A stretch of 64,000 nucleotides of DNA from positions 3,162,001 through 3,226,000 of the forward strand of contig CATNEN010000037.1 in assembly GCA_950097015.1 (NCBI GenBank), in the 5' to 3' direction. The DNA comes from Macrostomum hystrix. Lineage: Eukaryota > Animalia > Platyhelminthes. Positions 13,224 to 26,342 of this stretch are shown here, piece by piece (position 1 is the first letter of the stretch; the number at the start of each line of letters is the position of its first letter). The notes beneath the pieces were generated by a model. It ran no database searches and was not told the origin of the DNA. It was given only the letters and a program-made list of their open reading frames with translations. A program made the translations under genes and the position numbers.

Positions 13224-14507
13224 TCAGTGCTGCTGCACATCTTTTGTCTGCTCCACGCTTTCAGCCGCATCCGCTGACTCATGTGTCTCGGCTCGCACTA
13301 TCGAAGAATAAAAGTCCAACTGCTTTTGAATCGGGCCGATGTAGCAGTCGCGGATGTGCGGAAATATCCCGGCAAGAATGGTGGCCAGGGGCAGGGCCAC
13401 GGTGCTGATGAAGTGGCACTGGCTCTGTGGCTTGCGCACAACATCCGGGTCCATTGTCGGCAGCGGCTCGATGCCCATACTGCGCTCGAGTCTCGCCTCA
13501 TTAAAGAATTCGGACAGTAGACAGTCAATCCACCTGTCGGCCGTTGGGAAAGGTCGCGCCTCGTTGCTGACGTCAGAGGATTTGATGAGCAGGCGCAGCA
13601 GCAGTTCCCGGTGGCCGGCGTGGCCGAAGTCGACTTCGCCGCCAAGAGCGGTGAATTCTTCGATAATCTCCTGGTGCCGGCTCATGTCCGTGGCTAAGAT
13701 CAGTCGAACGACGGCCTCCCTGGCCTTCAGGTAGTCGTTGGGCGACAGGCCACGAAAAATGTTGCAGCTGGGATTGCTGAGAATGCGGAATGTTGTGGCC
13801 AGGTGGTGGTTCTCCAGTGGTGACAAATCATTGTAGCGAATGGCTAGGACAGTTTTCGCCTTGCGCTGGTAGTGATTAGAGAGGCCCGGATGATCCAGAT
13901 CGTGGCAGATGGCCGCGGTGAGTAGGCAGAAAAGCTCTAGAGGCGAGTAGATTTCTACTAAACTATTTAGCCAGGTGAGCGCGTAAGCCATCTGCGCCAC
14001 CATGAAGCAGTGCTGGAAGTTGTGAAACGGCACTCGATTGTAGTGACGGAACACCTCGTAAAGAAAGTTCTCCAAAGTCTCCAGATCGAAGTCAAATTGC
14101 TCAGGGAAGCGCAGGTCCATGTACATCTGGCGAAGGTAGAGGAACAACTGGTACTCTGTGTGCTCCCAGTTAGAGAAGGTCGTCTTTCTCAGTGCTTCGC
14201 GCTCCTCAGCGCCAACACTATTGGATCCAAATCTTCGGACCCGTTCCAATACGGCCAAACAGTCGGCGTCTGAGGTTCGAATCTTGGCCGGATCCGGACA
14301 TGGCGGCCGGCCGACTGCACCGCAGCAGCCGAGCAGGGGCCGCGCGGTGCCGGATGAGTGCTCGCCGTTTGCCAGCTGCTGCTGCTGCTGCTGCTGCTGC
14401 CTTGGGCTAGAAGGTGCCGCGGGCACCTTGTTGCATTCGCCGTTCTGAATGACCATCGGCGTCACCCCAGATGCGGCTGGGCTACTGTCTAGCTTGCTAG
14501 CGGACAT
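13224..14507 (-). CDS. PDE9: cGMP-specific-type cyclic nucleotide phosphodiesterase (PDE9-like), single exon, 427 aa
   Basis: HD-domain motifs PFHNFQHCFMVAQM, AAICHDLDHPG, LENHH, ILATDMSRH, SDVSNEARP and the invariant Gln in SQCHF. These match the PDE9A catalytic domain recalled from memory. The ORF is uninterrupted. Confidence 0.92.
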   Translation of the reverse strand: MSASKLDSSPAASGVTPMVIQNGECNKVPAAPSSPRQQQQQQQQLANGEHSSGTARPLLGCCGAVGRPPCPDPAKIRTSDADCLAVLERVRRFGSNSVGAEEREALRKTTFSNWEHTEYQLFLYLRQMYMDLRFPEQFDFDLETLENFLYEVFRHYNRVPFHNFQHCFMVAQMAYALTWLNSLVEIYSPLELFCLLTAAICHDLDHPGLSNHYQRKAKTVLAIRYNDLSPLENHHLATTFRILSNPSCNIFRGLSPNDYLKAREAVVRLILATDMSRHQEIIEEFTALGGEVDFGHAGHRELLLRLLIKSSDVSNEARPFPTADRWIDCLLSEFFNEARLERSMGIEPLPTMDPDVVRKPQSQCHFISTVALPLATILAGIFPHIRDCYIGPIQKQLDFYSSIVRAETHESADAAESVEQTKDVQQH

Positions 14508-15527
14508 GTCTGTGTGGCGGTGACAGTCTGCAGGCTGCGGCGGATCATTCCACCCACAGCTGATATGCTTGCGGCCAGATGATGCTCTGCCTCGGTGGCG
14601 TAGCCGAGATCAGCCAGTCGCTTTTGAGTTTCTCTAAAGTTTTAAACAATGTAACGCGTGTAAAAATTGTTCAGAATCAAACGAGTTAAATCTTAATTTG
14701 CAAAGCACACTGCTATGAGTAGCAAAACGAAGAAAAAAGTCCTAAATCATATACTCTTATTTTACCTGTGCAAACCATAAAAACTTGACGCTTTGTAGTT
14801 TTATACTTTAAACTATCGGCCATTGGGTTGAACTAAAGACATCCAGGTCAGTGAACAAAAAGTGAAAAGCAACACAATCTGCTGCAAAAGTACCAGATCG
14901 AATTGGACCGAGATGACTTTTACTGCGGGGCTATAAAGAACACGACTTTCCCGTCCTTTAAAGCCATTTTACATCGAATATGGCGGGCCTTATCAAAAGA
15001 TTGGCACTGACAGCATCCATGAACGGGCGTGCTATTAGAACAGGGATTAAAGTTGAGGCCTAGGGGCATGAAGCAAAGTGGTCTTACCCTTGCCATCCAA
15101 GTCTTCTGCCCCCCGATCCCCTTTGCCGCAAAGATGCCTTCCTGGTCCAGGATCGCACAAGAGTTCCTTTCTCTCTCTCTCTCTCTTCCCCCCTTCGACT
15201 GCATGGCTTTATTCCTCTGTCCCAGCTGTTTTACATGCGGACTTCCCTTCTCAGACCGTCCGTTGGGGAATCTCCTCTGCCAATCCTCCGCACAAAAGCG
15301 ACGAAGCCTTAATCGCGAGATCCTAGACTCGACCCCCAACAGAAACCTCCCCAATCAAATCAAGCGAGTCGGCGTTTCCTTGATTAAGAACCAAAAAACT
15401 GTGCCGGACAGTGTCTTAAACCCTAGTCATATGATTAGAAATATGCGCGTATGCTCACAGGAGTTAAGAGTCTTAGCTGATCTAAATGCATTGGGTGTAC
15501 CAACTCTTCTCTAGGGTCTTGATAGAT

Positions 15528-15740
15528 ATTGTAGCTCAATAGTTAGGGCTTTGGCCTTTTGAACTTGAAGCTATTTGTGACCTAGAGAAGTTGACACTTA
15601 ATTAGCACTTCACCCAGCTGCTTGAAGTGTTTGCTCCTCCAGTCCATGGACTGAACTGTTGTACGCAGCCTTTGAATGCGCCGCGCAATAGGTCGAGCGA
15701 TAATGCCACTGTTAGTACGTCTGGCCCACATTTGTTAGGT
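15528..15740 (+). mobile_element. tRNA-derived SINE, family B (degenerate)
   Basis: A-box-like TAGCTCAATAG. Shares GACACTTAA, TTCACCCAGCTG and CCAGTCCATGGACTGAA...GCAGCC with copies near 32050 and 37250. Confidence 0.55.
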
Positions 15741-15847
15741 TTCATTTCAATCGATCTGATGTAGATTTTCTTTCTTTCTCTCTCTTTTACTGTCAGTCCC
15801 AATTAGCTAGCAATGATTCTGGCTTTTAATTAGGACTAAGCTAAGGA

Positions 15848-16203
15848 GGGTGAGTGGCAGAGCGGACTACCGAGTTTGACTCTCGCACCAAGGTCCTTGA
15901 GGTCGATTCCGCGGCGAGGCCACATTCATTTGGGGCGCAGCCGCAGAGAGAAGGCTTGCGGGCTTGCGCAATTTATGTCCTTGAGGGCCAACCTTCTAGG
16001 CACAGTGAAAGTTTACACTGCCTGACGATGAGAAATTCAGGGCAGATGTACACGCCTGTGTGAGTGTGGGCGTGCGTACGGTATCTGTGTGCGTGTGTGC
16101 TCAGGGGGTCGGCAGAACTGCCTCCTCACTGGCTGCGGGTCTAGTGCCACCAAATGGTGAGCCCACAGCCCTGATGCAAATGTTATAATATTATAATATT
16201 AAT
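15848..16203 (+). mobile_element. tRNA-derived SINE, family A
   Basis: A box TGGCAGAGCGG (15855-15865), B-box-like GGTCGATTCC (15901-15910), AT-rich (TATAAT)n tail. A homologous copy lies on the - strand at 30385-30585. Confidence 0.75.
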
Positions 16204-16899
16204 GGGACTAAGCTATAAAAAAAAAAAAAAATCGAAATATACAAGGACCGAACTAGCGATGCGACATAGCAATCCCCGACGACGGAGTCAAGAGGCTGCG
16301 GCGATTTCATCAATTTTTTGTTGCTGAAAACTACGCATCAATTGGAAAACAATGAATTGCAATTTGATCCGAGAGGAGAATCATTTAGACAAACACAGAC
16401 ACTTCATTCTAGGAGACTGCGAAAGCAAATTAACCATATACCTGCAGAACTGGAGAAACAAAAAACAACAGTGAGGTAGGAGAAGGAACTGCGCTGCAGG
16501 CCGAATGTGCAGGATTCAGGTGAGGTGGACTGAGAAGGTGTCTGAAAGAAAACTGAGACGAGGCCGCTGGCATGTAGGCCTCTCTTCTGACACCATTATC
16601 CTAATTGCATTGCTAGCCCTCCCCTTTCCTTGTCACCCTATACGGCTTCTATTATGCTGATATATATACATATATATTGTACTAGTTCGGCGCATAAAGC
16701 ACTCGCACATATAGCTATTGCGAGTCCATTAACAGGCCGAGTATAAATATGCGCGAACACTACGAGAACACTATTTACTGCAGAGGTGCTGTTCTATTGG
16801 CTGTGTTGTTTTTCTGTTTCGCTAATGCCGTTATGTGTCTGAAAAAATGTTGGCCAGCTTATTGCAGTTTATGACACCACACTGCTCAGATAATATTGC

Positions 16900-18180
16900 C
16901 ATTCAGAATCCCAGCTCAAGGTAGACAATTTGTCTCCTTGATTAAGACACTTTTAACCTCCGGAACCTCCGGCCCCACGGCGACCTTAGCCAATGGGATC
17001 TGGACGCAGCAGGAGGCCTCAAAATTCTCTCAGACGGAATTCCGTCGACGCTGTGCCCACCGCTCAAATTCAAAACCAGCATTTCGCTTTGCCAGAAAGT
17101 GCGTGACCACGGCCAACCCCGTGAAATTCACTGCTTCACCGACGGTTCGCAAATCAACTCGGTCTCTGGTTTCGGCTACTGCATTATGTCCGGAGGGAGA
17201 ACTGTGGCGACCTTCTGCCAGCACACCCGCATAAACTCTACCGTTTTCCAGAATGAAGTTCTCGCCATCAGCTCCTGCGCCCTGGAACTGATCAATCAAA
17301 ATGTCCACGGAGCAGAAATTGTCCTCCACTCGGACAGCCAGGCGGCGATCCATGCCCTTGGACGCACGCACACCTGCTCGCGCACAGTCCTCGACTGCGT
17401 CGTGCAACTCAACCGCTTAGGGACCCACAACAAGGTGTCCCTAAGGTGGATTCCAGGGCATTCTGGCCACCCCGGTAACGAATTGGCCGACAGCCTCGCC
17501 AAGGCCGGTTCGACGGGTTCGCTTTTTGGCCCCGTGCCTGCGGTCTCCACGCCTACCGCCGTCGTCACCACTCGGATTAACCAGTGGGTGGCCTCTAAGC
17601 ACAAGGACAGGTTGATCAACACCGCCGATTGTCGGCAGTCTCGCGCCGCTGTTCCTTGTCCCTCCACTGCCCTTCGCAAAGCTCTGCTTGGACTTAACCG
17701 GACTCAGGGCAGTCACCATGGCCCTCTCTGGCCATGGCTGTTTCGCCAGGCACTGCTTCCTGCAAGGCAAAATCCGCAGTGAGGAATGCCCCTTCTGCCT
17801 CTCCTATGTTGAGGATGCAGAGCATTTTATTTGCGACTGCGCCGCCTTCACTCAGGACAGGCTCACCTATCTCGGCCCAAACCCGGATCTCTCCGACGTT
17901 TTCAGGCCTGAGAACATCTGCCAGCTCGTCCGTTACCTAAGGGACACCGGGTGAGCGACTCTCCACCTCCTAGACTCTCCGGAGGAGGAGGACCGCGCTG
18001 TGGACGCCGGCATCACTGGATACCCCTGCGTGACACCGCAGCTTTAGTTGCCCGTGGTCGCCAGGGGCTAGCGGATGGGCGGCAACGCCTCCCCGCTGGA
18101 TGCCCCCTGCAGCTAAGTCAAGTAAGTCAAGACACTTTTAATTCTCTGATGTTTCAGTTCACCCAGCTGTACCCCCGGAA
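16900..18180 (+). mobile_element. Family-B SINE split by a LINE insertion (halves ~16900-16956 and 18129-18180)
   Basis: Left flank ACAATTTGTCTCCTT..AAGACACTT and right flank TTCACCCAGCTGT are contiguous in the intact copy at ~37258-37315. Confidence 0.55.
16957..18128 (+). mobile_element. 5'-truncated non-LTR retrotransposon (I-group/Loa-like) with RNase H and C-terminal zinc knuckle
   Basis: RNase H motifs [19 protein letters not shown] and [31 protein letters not shown] knuckle in the next frame (frameshift ~17700). (TAAGTCAAG)n tail. 13-bp TSD AAGACACTTTTAA at 16944-16956 and 18129-18141. Confidence 0.9.
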
Positions 18181-21100
18181 TCAGCGGGGGTACGGTAGAA
18201 TTGACATAATTTTAAAAAGATAATATTACGCAATGATTGTCGCTTGAAATGTTTGTCAAGTGCTTCAATTTCTTTAGCTATAGTTGAAAAAATCGCTGTG
18301 ACATTCATATTTGAATTTTGTACCTACAAATTATAACAAAGCTCTTGCTATGAGAAAATTGGAATATATACAGAGAAACAGGTTAACGACATTAACTTCT
18401 ACTTGAAAAAAATCTTGAAAGTTGACCACCAAAATATGAACGATTAGAAGTAAAAAATCGTTATTTTTAAACAGTTTTCAGGTTTTTAACGACATCCTGA
18501 TTATCGAATACTTGAGTAGCTATATTTCTCATTTAGATTGTCGAAAGCCGATTAAAAGCAGAAAGTGTTGCATTCTATAATGCCTGATCATGTGACCTTC
18601 TACTGCTCTTTCATTATTCATATTTCTCTCAACCAACAACTTGGGCTAGTTTTTCTTCGTAACTCAATCCAATATTAAAAGCTGCCGAATAATGAATACA
18701 AAAGTTTTTTTCAGGCAGCTGGTGGTGGTGTGAGCATCTCAAACAGATAATTTTGCTACCGCAGATTCAGTTAGTCCAAAATGAGGCTCATTTAATCAGA
18801 GCCTGCATGCCCTGTGTTACCCCCGTCTGTTTGGCCTGGACTGAACTAGATGCCATTGTACAAATTCGGCCCAGCCCTGTCAAAAATGCAAGCCTGTCAG
18901 GGCTCGGTTGGTTTTTCTCGGATAAGAAATAACTGTTGTAGCATTCAAGACGGCAAGAATAGTGAAGAATGGGCTTCAAACTTACCGAGTTGAGTGGTCT
19001 AATATATCACAGCACATAGCTATTTCTGTAGGGCATTGGATTCAATTAGGAGAGTTGCACTGAAGGAACTGCTATTTTAACGCGCACATGAAATTTGTAC
19101 ATTCGCAAAATCAAAAAAGTTTTGATGGACTAGATTTTGTTACACTACTGTACAGTAGCTATCGTGTATTAGTATTCATTGTAATTAGCTAAGCATTTAC
19201 TAAGTTAAAAAAAAACTTTATTTTGAAGCTCCACTCACCGGGACAGGCGCCTTATTCGATAGAAAGATTATAAACAGGCTGTTAGCTTTAAGGTGGCAAG
19301 AGAGCTGAAACTGTTGTTTAATTAAAAAAATGATAAAATACTGTCTTTTAACACCTCAGATGCAAAAATCTCTGTGATGAATTGACGCGCAAAACACTTT
19401 GAAAGAAAAGAACTAATTTATTTTGGGAGCGGAGCATTTCAGCAGAAGGCCAGGGTTATAAATGTGCGCTTTGAGCAGAAAGACAGAGTGAGAGAGACAG
19501 AGCTCAGTGCACCGGTGTTTGTGGTATTAGCCATTGAGGTTGGACTGCAGCCAATGGAGAGTGGGCTAGGCTTGCTCTCGCTGCACCCTCCCTCTTACTA
19601 AAACAGGCTTCCAATGCCCAAGCTGGCTTCAAAGAATGGCCAGAAAAGTGGGAAGAGAACGCGAAGGCTAAGAAGTTGAATCAGCAACTCCATCGGGGAG
19701 GGAGGCAAAGTGAGCTGACATTGGGACGGGGAAGAGGAGGCATGATCTCAATGCCCCCTCCCAGTCCCTCCTCTCTCCTCCCAAATCCCAGAATGGGTTT
19801 GAATAGGGTCCTATACTGAATGAATATATATTGCCAATAGTGCCAAGCGCTTGACGTCACACGGACGCTGACTAGTCGCATCTCTCTGTGCTGTCCCCTT
19901 TATTGTCATGGAAATACTCTGCAGTACTTTATTGCATGCAGCTGTGCAAATGTGTTTCGGTTTGCCAGTTTTAAATAAAATAGCATTTAGTAATGCTCCA
20001 TTGCACCCAGAATCAGTGCCCACCGTTTTCACTAATCGATATCTAGTGACACACAGCTACTCGTTGATCTTTTCGTCGAGGTGTAGTTTATTTTTTAGGG
20101 ACAGTCTTACAGTTGACAGTTAAAAAATGCGCTTCGAAACCGATTTTAATGCATTAACAGTAGAAAGACCACATGCAGTGGAATCACCAGAGAGGTTCAA
20201 ACAGGCCAATGTCAGTTGTCCATGTCACCAGGGTCTTCGACAAGAATCATTAAATATCTCGACGATGCCGACGTCGGACAGCTTTGAAAGTCAGTTCAGC
20301 GTAAAAGTGGTGCAGGACTTTCACGAAATCGGTCATTCGGTTTTTTGAACTATCTTGAAGTAGGCAGTGGGTATTTGAAATACGTGGTCTTTATATTTGA
20401 AATAAGTACTCTTTAGAATACGCAATTAGAGTAGCAATGTTCCAATCACCCTGCTGCCCTGCATCGCATAGCTGAAAACGACATTAATTTTCTCTCCTCG
20501 TCGGTGTCCTAATTTTCAGCCAGCGTTAATGCTGAAAAACACGGAAGTCTTTCGACATCCCAGAGTCTCTTCGATGGAGAGAGATGGAGGAGTAGCTCGT
20601 TGGAGGAAGAGTGCTGAAGTGCCCCACTTCGCGCGTTGGCTTCAAGTGCACTCCCATGCGTTATTCCCATTGACTACTGTATACTGCCAAGCTTTCGAGA
20701 GCTCGACCTCGCTTGTACTCTCTCATCGCATTGCTCATCGCAGTCTCCCAAATAGGCAAACCTCGTCGAATTGGAGCACGGAACTTCAGGACTGTCGGGA
20801 CGCATAACTACTAGTACTCTACTAGTACTCTAGAATTTTTTAGCTCAGTGCTAATTAAAAATCATTAGCGTTTGTACCCACAGGATTGTTTACTAAAAGC
20901 CTATACTTTCTAAAAAATCAGTCCTGAAGGACAAGACACAATCACAAAGGGATAATTCATTATCGAAATTGCTTGAAAAAGCGAGAATTAACTATGCTTT
21001 TTTCTTTACTTCCCTGCTTATCGTCCTGTTTTTAAGTCTTTTAAGTCGATTCTAAGACATCTCTTCTTAAAGGAGTCCGTTTGATTAACGAAGTCTTTTC

Positions 21101-22257
21101 GTCAACTGTCAACGGTGGAACTGTCAAAGGATGAGCTGACAGGAAACAGGGAAATGTGGTGGCAGCGGTGGGATGAGCCCAGTGATGATGAAAGCAGCAG
21201 ACATGATATGCAAATCTGATCCAGGAAAATGCTAGGGGGCTTCCAAGAGACACAGAGAGACAGGAAAGACCTCTAGACGCTGGAAGCAAAGTTAAAGCAA
21301 AGTACAGCACTAGCCTCTTCTCGTGATTCAAATGGAAGTGGCTCCATATCTGTCGGAAATAGAATTACCTGGATAAGGAAGTAAAAGTCGAAGGTAAATC
21401 GCAATCTATAAAGACAAAATGAGTAACCACTTACGAGTATAATAGGAAATGACAAATATATTTTGTGAACGAAAAGCGCAGGAGAAAATATAAATTTAAT
21501 TCAAAGCTAAACCGAAAGCCTGTCCTAAAAAGGAAACCTGCAGGAAATAGGGATTGCTTCGAGATGGGACTGGCAGTCCAGGACCCGCATAATGAAGACA
21601 AAAGTCAGCAGAGCTAGTTGGCGATGCGTCCGGACTCTGAGAGGAAGCTAGGAAAAATGAAGACCTTAGTCGGAAGACTGGGTTCGAATAATGGCTACGG
21701 TGCCTATCCAACTGTGATCCATGGCTGCTGCGGGCGATTCCCTAGCGCACTGTGTGGGCATGCGAGCACGCCAAGCAGAAACATGCGAGCCCTCGCCTTT
21801 CTCCCAGTTCCGCCTCAGGCCTCCTCTTTCTCCCACTCTAATTTCCATGGGCCAAAAAGGCGGACCGACTCCAATATCCTTTTTCCGACCGACCCGACCG
21901 GCCCACGACCTCCGTCCGGCATTCCCACCCCCATTTACAGCGTACTCACGTCACAATGTTAGCTCTACTACCCAAAGCCCTGGGGAGAAATATTGATTTA
22001 CGTCACACAGACGGACAATGTAGTTGGACAGTGGGCTTCGGCCGAGCTACTCTTGTGTTCTCAGTTCGCACTCTTTCTGTGTCTTCGGGACGGCTGACAA
22101 TCGCCGCTCAAGTCTAAAGCGGATCTTTGCCCCAGGACACGAAACTTACTCAAAGCTACTCAGTGCTTCCTCAGAAACCTGTCAAATGACAGAGCAGAGT
22201 GACATCAAGGACGTACGAAGAAATGAAAAGTCTATCAGCTTAGCTATTTTCTACTGC

Positions 22258-22512
<255 letters not shown>

Positions 22513-22962
22513 ATTGTATCTAAATTGCTTTTTCATCCAACCAGTATTTTATCATTCTAATCTGATATCAGTTTGCACTTTTGCCTCAGCAACAATGAAA
22601 AATCAATTAAAATAGAAGCGAGAACAAAGCAACTATAAAGAGAGAGACTTGGCGCCTAAAAATATCCTGCAGCAGTAGCTTCAATTCCTGCTTCAAACAG
22701 CGTCAGTTCCCGGCTGCGGTTAGAAATCCTGAGCAGTGGGAGAACTTAATTGGCTAGCTCACGTCACGGAGCGCTATTTATAGACTTCAGAACCCCACTC
22801 CGGGCTCTTCATTGCCAGCCTGCACTCACATTCCAGCTCCTAATTTCTTATTCACCAAATAGCCCATAAAATGAGCTAGGCTAAGCAATGCTAAGCTGAT
22901 TATAAAGGATTCCGAAGCAATAAAAATCTCATGTGGGCACGATACAGGGAGCTGAAGATGTT

Positions 22963-24200
22963 GATGATGGAACTGTTGGTAAAGATGATGGAACTAACGG
23001 TAAAGATGATGGAACTGACGTTAAAGATGATGGAACTGACGTTAAAGATGATGGAACTGACGGTAAAGATGATGGAACTGACGGTAAAGACGATGGAACT
23101 GACGGTAAAGACGATGGAATTGAAGGTTAAGATGATGGAACTGACGTTAAAGATGATGGAACTGACGGTAAAGATGATGGAACTGACGTTAAAGATGATG
23201 GAACTGACGTTAAAGATGATGGAACTGACGTTAAAGACGATGGAATTGAAGGTTAAGATGATGGAACTGATGGTAAAGATGGTGGAACTGACAGTAAAGA
23301 CGATGGAACTGATGGTAAAGATGATGGAACTGACGTTAAAGACGATGGAACTGATGGTAAAAATGATGGAACTGACGGAAAAGATTATGGAACTGAGGGT
23401 GTGGATGATGGAACTGAGGGTGTGGATGATGGAACTGAGGGTGTGGATGATGGAACTGAGGGTGTGGATGATGGAACTGAGGGTGTGGATGATGGAACTG
23501 AGGGTGTGGATGATGGAACTGAGTGTGTGGATGATGGAACTGAGTGTGTGGATGATGGAACTGAGGGTGTGGATGATGGAACTGAGTGTGTGGATGATGG
23601 AACTGAGTGTGTGGATGATGGAACTGAGGGTGTGGATGATGGAACTGAGGGTGTGGATGATGGAACTGAGTGTGTGGATGATGGAACTGAGGTAGTGGAT
23701 GATGGAACTGAGGGTGTGGATGATGGAACTGAGGGTGTGGATGATGGAACTGAGGGTGTGGATGATGGAACTGAGTGTGTGGATGATGGAACTGAGGTAG
23801 TGGATGATGGAACTGAGGGTGTGGATGATGGAACTGAGGGTGTGGATGATGGAACTGAGGGTGTGGATGATGGAACTGAGGGTGTGGATGATGGAACTGA
23901 GGGTGTGGATGATGGAACTGAGGGTGTGGATGATGGAACTGAGTGTGTGGATGATGGAACTGAGGGTGTGGATGATGGAACTGAGTGTGTGGATGATGGA
24001 ACTGAGGGTGTGGATGATGGAACTGAGTGTGTGGATGATGGAACTGAGGTAGTGGATGATGGAACTGAGGGTGTGGATGATGGAACTGAGTGTGTGGATG
24101 ATGGAACTGAGGGTGTGGATGATGGAACTGAGTGTGTGGATGATGGAACTGAGGTAGTGGATGATGGAACTGAGGGTGTGGATGATGGAACTGAGGGTGA
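22963..24200. repeat. 21-bp minisatellite with two unit variants (GATGATGGAACTGACGTTAAA, then GATGATGGAACTGAGGGTGTG)
   Basis: 7-aa periodic ORFs (MMELTLK / DDGTEGV). The unit switches near 23390. Confidence 0.95.
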
Positions 24201-25129
24201 AGATGAGAGCAAAGTTGAGAAGACAAAATTACCCGCAATTTTGTAGTTTTTTAGCGACTTTGGAGACTTCACTATTTAGACTATTTAGAATTCCGAAATA
24301 GTGGGTCGCAGGTGCGCACGCCAGGTGTTCCCCTCACTCGCCTGAGTTTCTCAGCTATTCTCCCAACCTGTCCCGTTCCCATTTCTCCCAGCTTCCTTAA
24401 TCCCATCAATTCCACCCTGACCCAAGGGATACCGCGCAGAGCCTCGATTTCCGCCCGATTAAGCTGCCGGGTGCTCTGGTTTCCATGGCAACTGGCCATT
24501 GGGCCGGCTGCCGCGAGTCCCCCCCACCCTCCCCCCGAACTCAGCCGGAACCGCCTCATTGCGTGTGACGGGGGATTTGAGCAGAAGAAATCCCCCATCC
24601 AGTGCTGAAAGCTTCCCATTCCCATTTTCCAACCGAAGAAGGTGCAGGCTATGGCAGCGGCAGGCGCAAAGTCTTAAAAAATCATCGAGTTACCGCCCAG
24701 TGTGAGCATATGGCCCGTGATGCGTAAAATTCTGAGCCTTATTTGATTCTCTTTCGAGTAATGAAATCCTTGGGGCTGTACGGGTGTCGGGGACAGAGTT
24801 GTCAGGACGATGAGGTTCTTATCCAGTTGAGGTGGAGCCACAGTGGACAGATTCTTGTCGCTATGGCCGCTAATTCAATTGTGCGGCCGAGGGTACAGAA
24901 AAGATGGGACTAACTAATTAATCCTTCTACTAATTGGACTATCTGCGATTCCGACCGACTCAGTCTAAGACTCAAACACTACGGTTGAGCAGTGTTTTCA
25001 GTGCGCAGCAGTCGTCTAAGAAACGTATTATCGATATCGGAAAAAAAGGGAAAAGTAAAGCGGTTATTATGCAAGTAAATTCTACTCTAAAATACACTAG
25101 AGTGGATAAAGACAAGAATTATAGATGGG

Positions 25130-25570
25130 AGAGAGGATGGAGGGGAGAGGAATGAGAAGAGAGAAGAGAGAGGAAAGGAGAGAGGAGAGGGGAGAGAAAA
25201 GAGAGAGGAGAGAGGAGAGATGGGAGAGAGGATGGAGGGGGAGAAAAAGGAGAAGGGAGAATAGAGAGGAAAGGAGAGAGGAGAGAGGAGAGAGGAGATA
25301 GGAGACATGGGAGAGAGGATGGAGGAAAGAGATGAATGAGAAAGAGAGGAGAGAGGAAAGGAGAGAGGAGAGATAAGGATCGAGAGTGGTGAAGAGTAGA
25401 GTACCTCCTAACGCAGACGATTCAATTAAAGTTGCTGAAATTTTTGAATATTTTAAATTTTACTCGTCAGTACAGACAGCGGAGAAGAGAGAGAGTAGAG
25501 AAAATTATAGAGAGATAAAAAATAAGAGAGAGAAAGCTAAGGAAAATAATAGAGGAGACAGGAAGAGGTG
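25130..25570. repeat. Purine-rich (GA) low-complexity tract
   Basis: Direct inspection. Confidence 0.85.
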
Positions 25571-26057
25571 AATACAATGGAAGAAAAAGTTAGGATACTT
25601 GAATGATAAAATGTTGCTTCATCTGTCCCTTGATCTGCTCCAGACTTCTATAAAAAACTTTCGTTAAATTAGTCAATCTTGAAAAATATTTATCGTCAAC
25701 TTATCATCAAATCATCAACGTTTTATTATCTGGGCTTAATAACAGGAAATTGATAAATAAATGGTAGAAAAATAAAATTTCGTGTGTGAGTGAGTGTGAG
25801 TCAGTATGTGTGTGTCTGTTTGTGTGTGTTTTTCAGAGAAAAACAAAGAAGAATATGTTTACGTCGTAAGTCCTGAAAATGGTTTTTCGAGAGAAAACTA
25901 CAACTACAAATTTTTCTTCTCATATAGTGCGTAAAATTCCGTTTTAAAGTATTCTACTTACTCGACTACTTACAATAGTCAGTCAGAACATTGAAATTGA
26001 ATTGAAGGAATGCATTTCTGCATTATGCGGTCTTATTGATGTGTGCATAATATCTCA

Positions 26058-26342
26058 GTCTAACACTTTGAGATCGCTGTCTAACACTTTGAGATCGCTG
26101 TCTAACACTTTGAGATCGCTGTCTAACACTTTGAGATCGCTGTCTAACACTTTGAGATCGCTGTCTAACACTTTGAGATCACTGTCCAACACTTTGAGAT
26201 CACTGTCCAACACTTTGAGATCACTGTCCAACACTTTGAGATCACTGTCCAACACTTTGAGATCACTGTCCAACACTTTGAGATCACTGTCCAACACTTT
26301 GAGATCACTGTCCAACACTTTGAGATCGCTGTCCAACACTTT
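26058..26342. repeat. 21-bp minisatellite (GTCTAACACTTTGAGATCGCT)
   Basis: About 13-14 units; periodic ORF SNTLRSL. Confidence 0.95.

Noticed and set aside
16005-16050. CTGACGA in family-A SINEs (also at 30421-30430, - strand) as a hammerhead core
   Set aside because: No stem II or correctly placed GAAA/NUH. It folds as a plain hairpin CTGCCTGA/TCAGG(G)CAG.
19908-20030. THAP-like motif (ILCS...LHPESVPTVF)
   Set aside because: The C2CH ligands are not recoverable and the match is too short to call.
22931-24272. Periodic ORFs (MMELTVK, DDGTEGV, SSTPSVP), and likewise those at 26002, 38457 and 62844
   Set aside because: Open in several frames and both strands because the minisatellite units lack stops. 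No splice or unique coding context.
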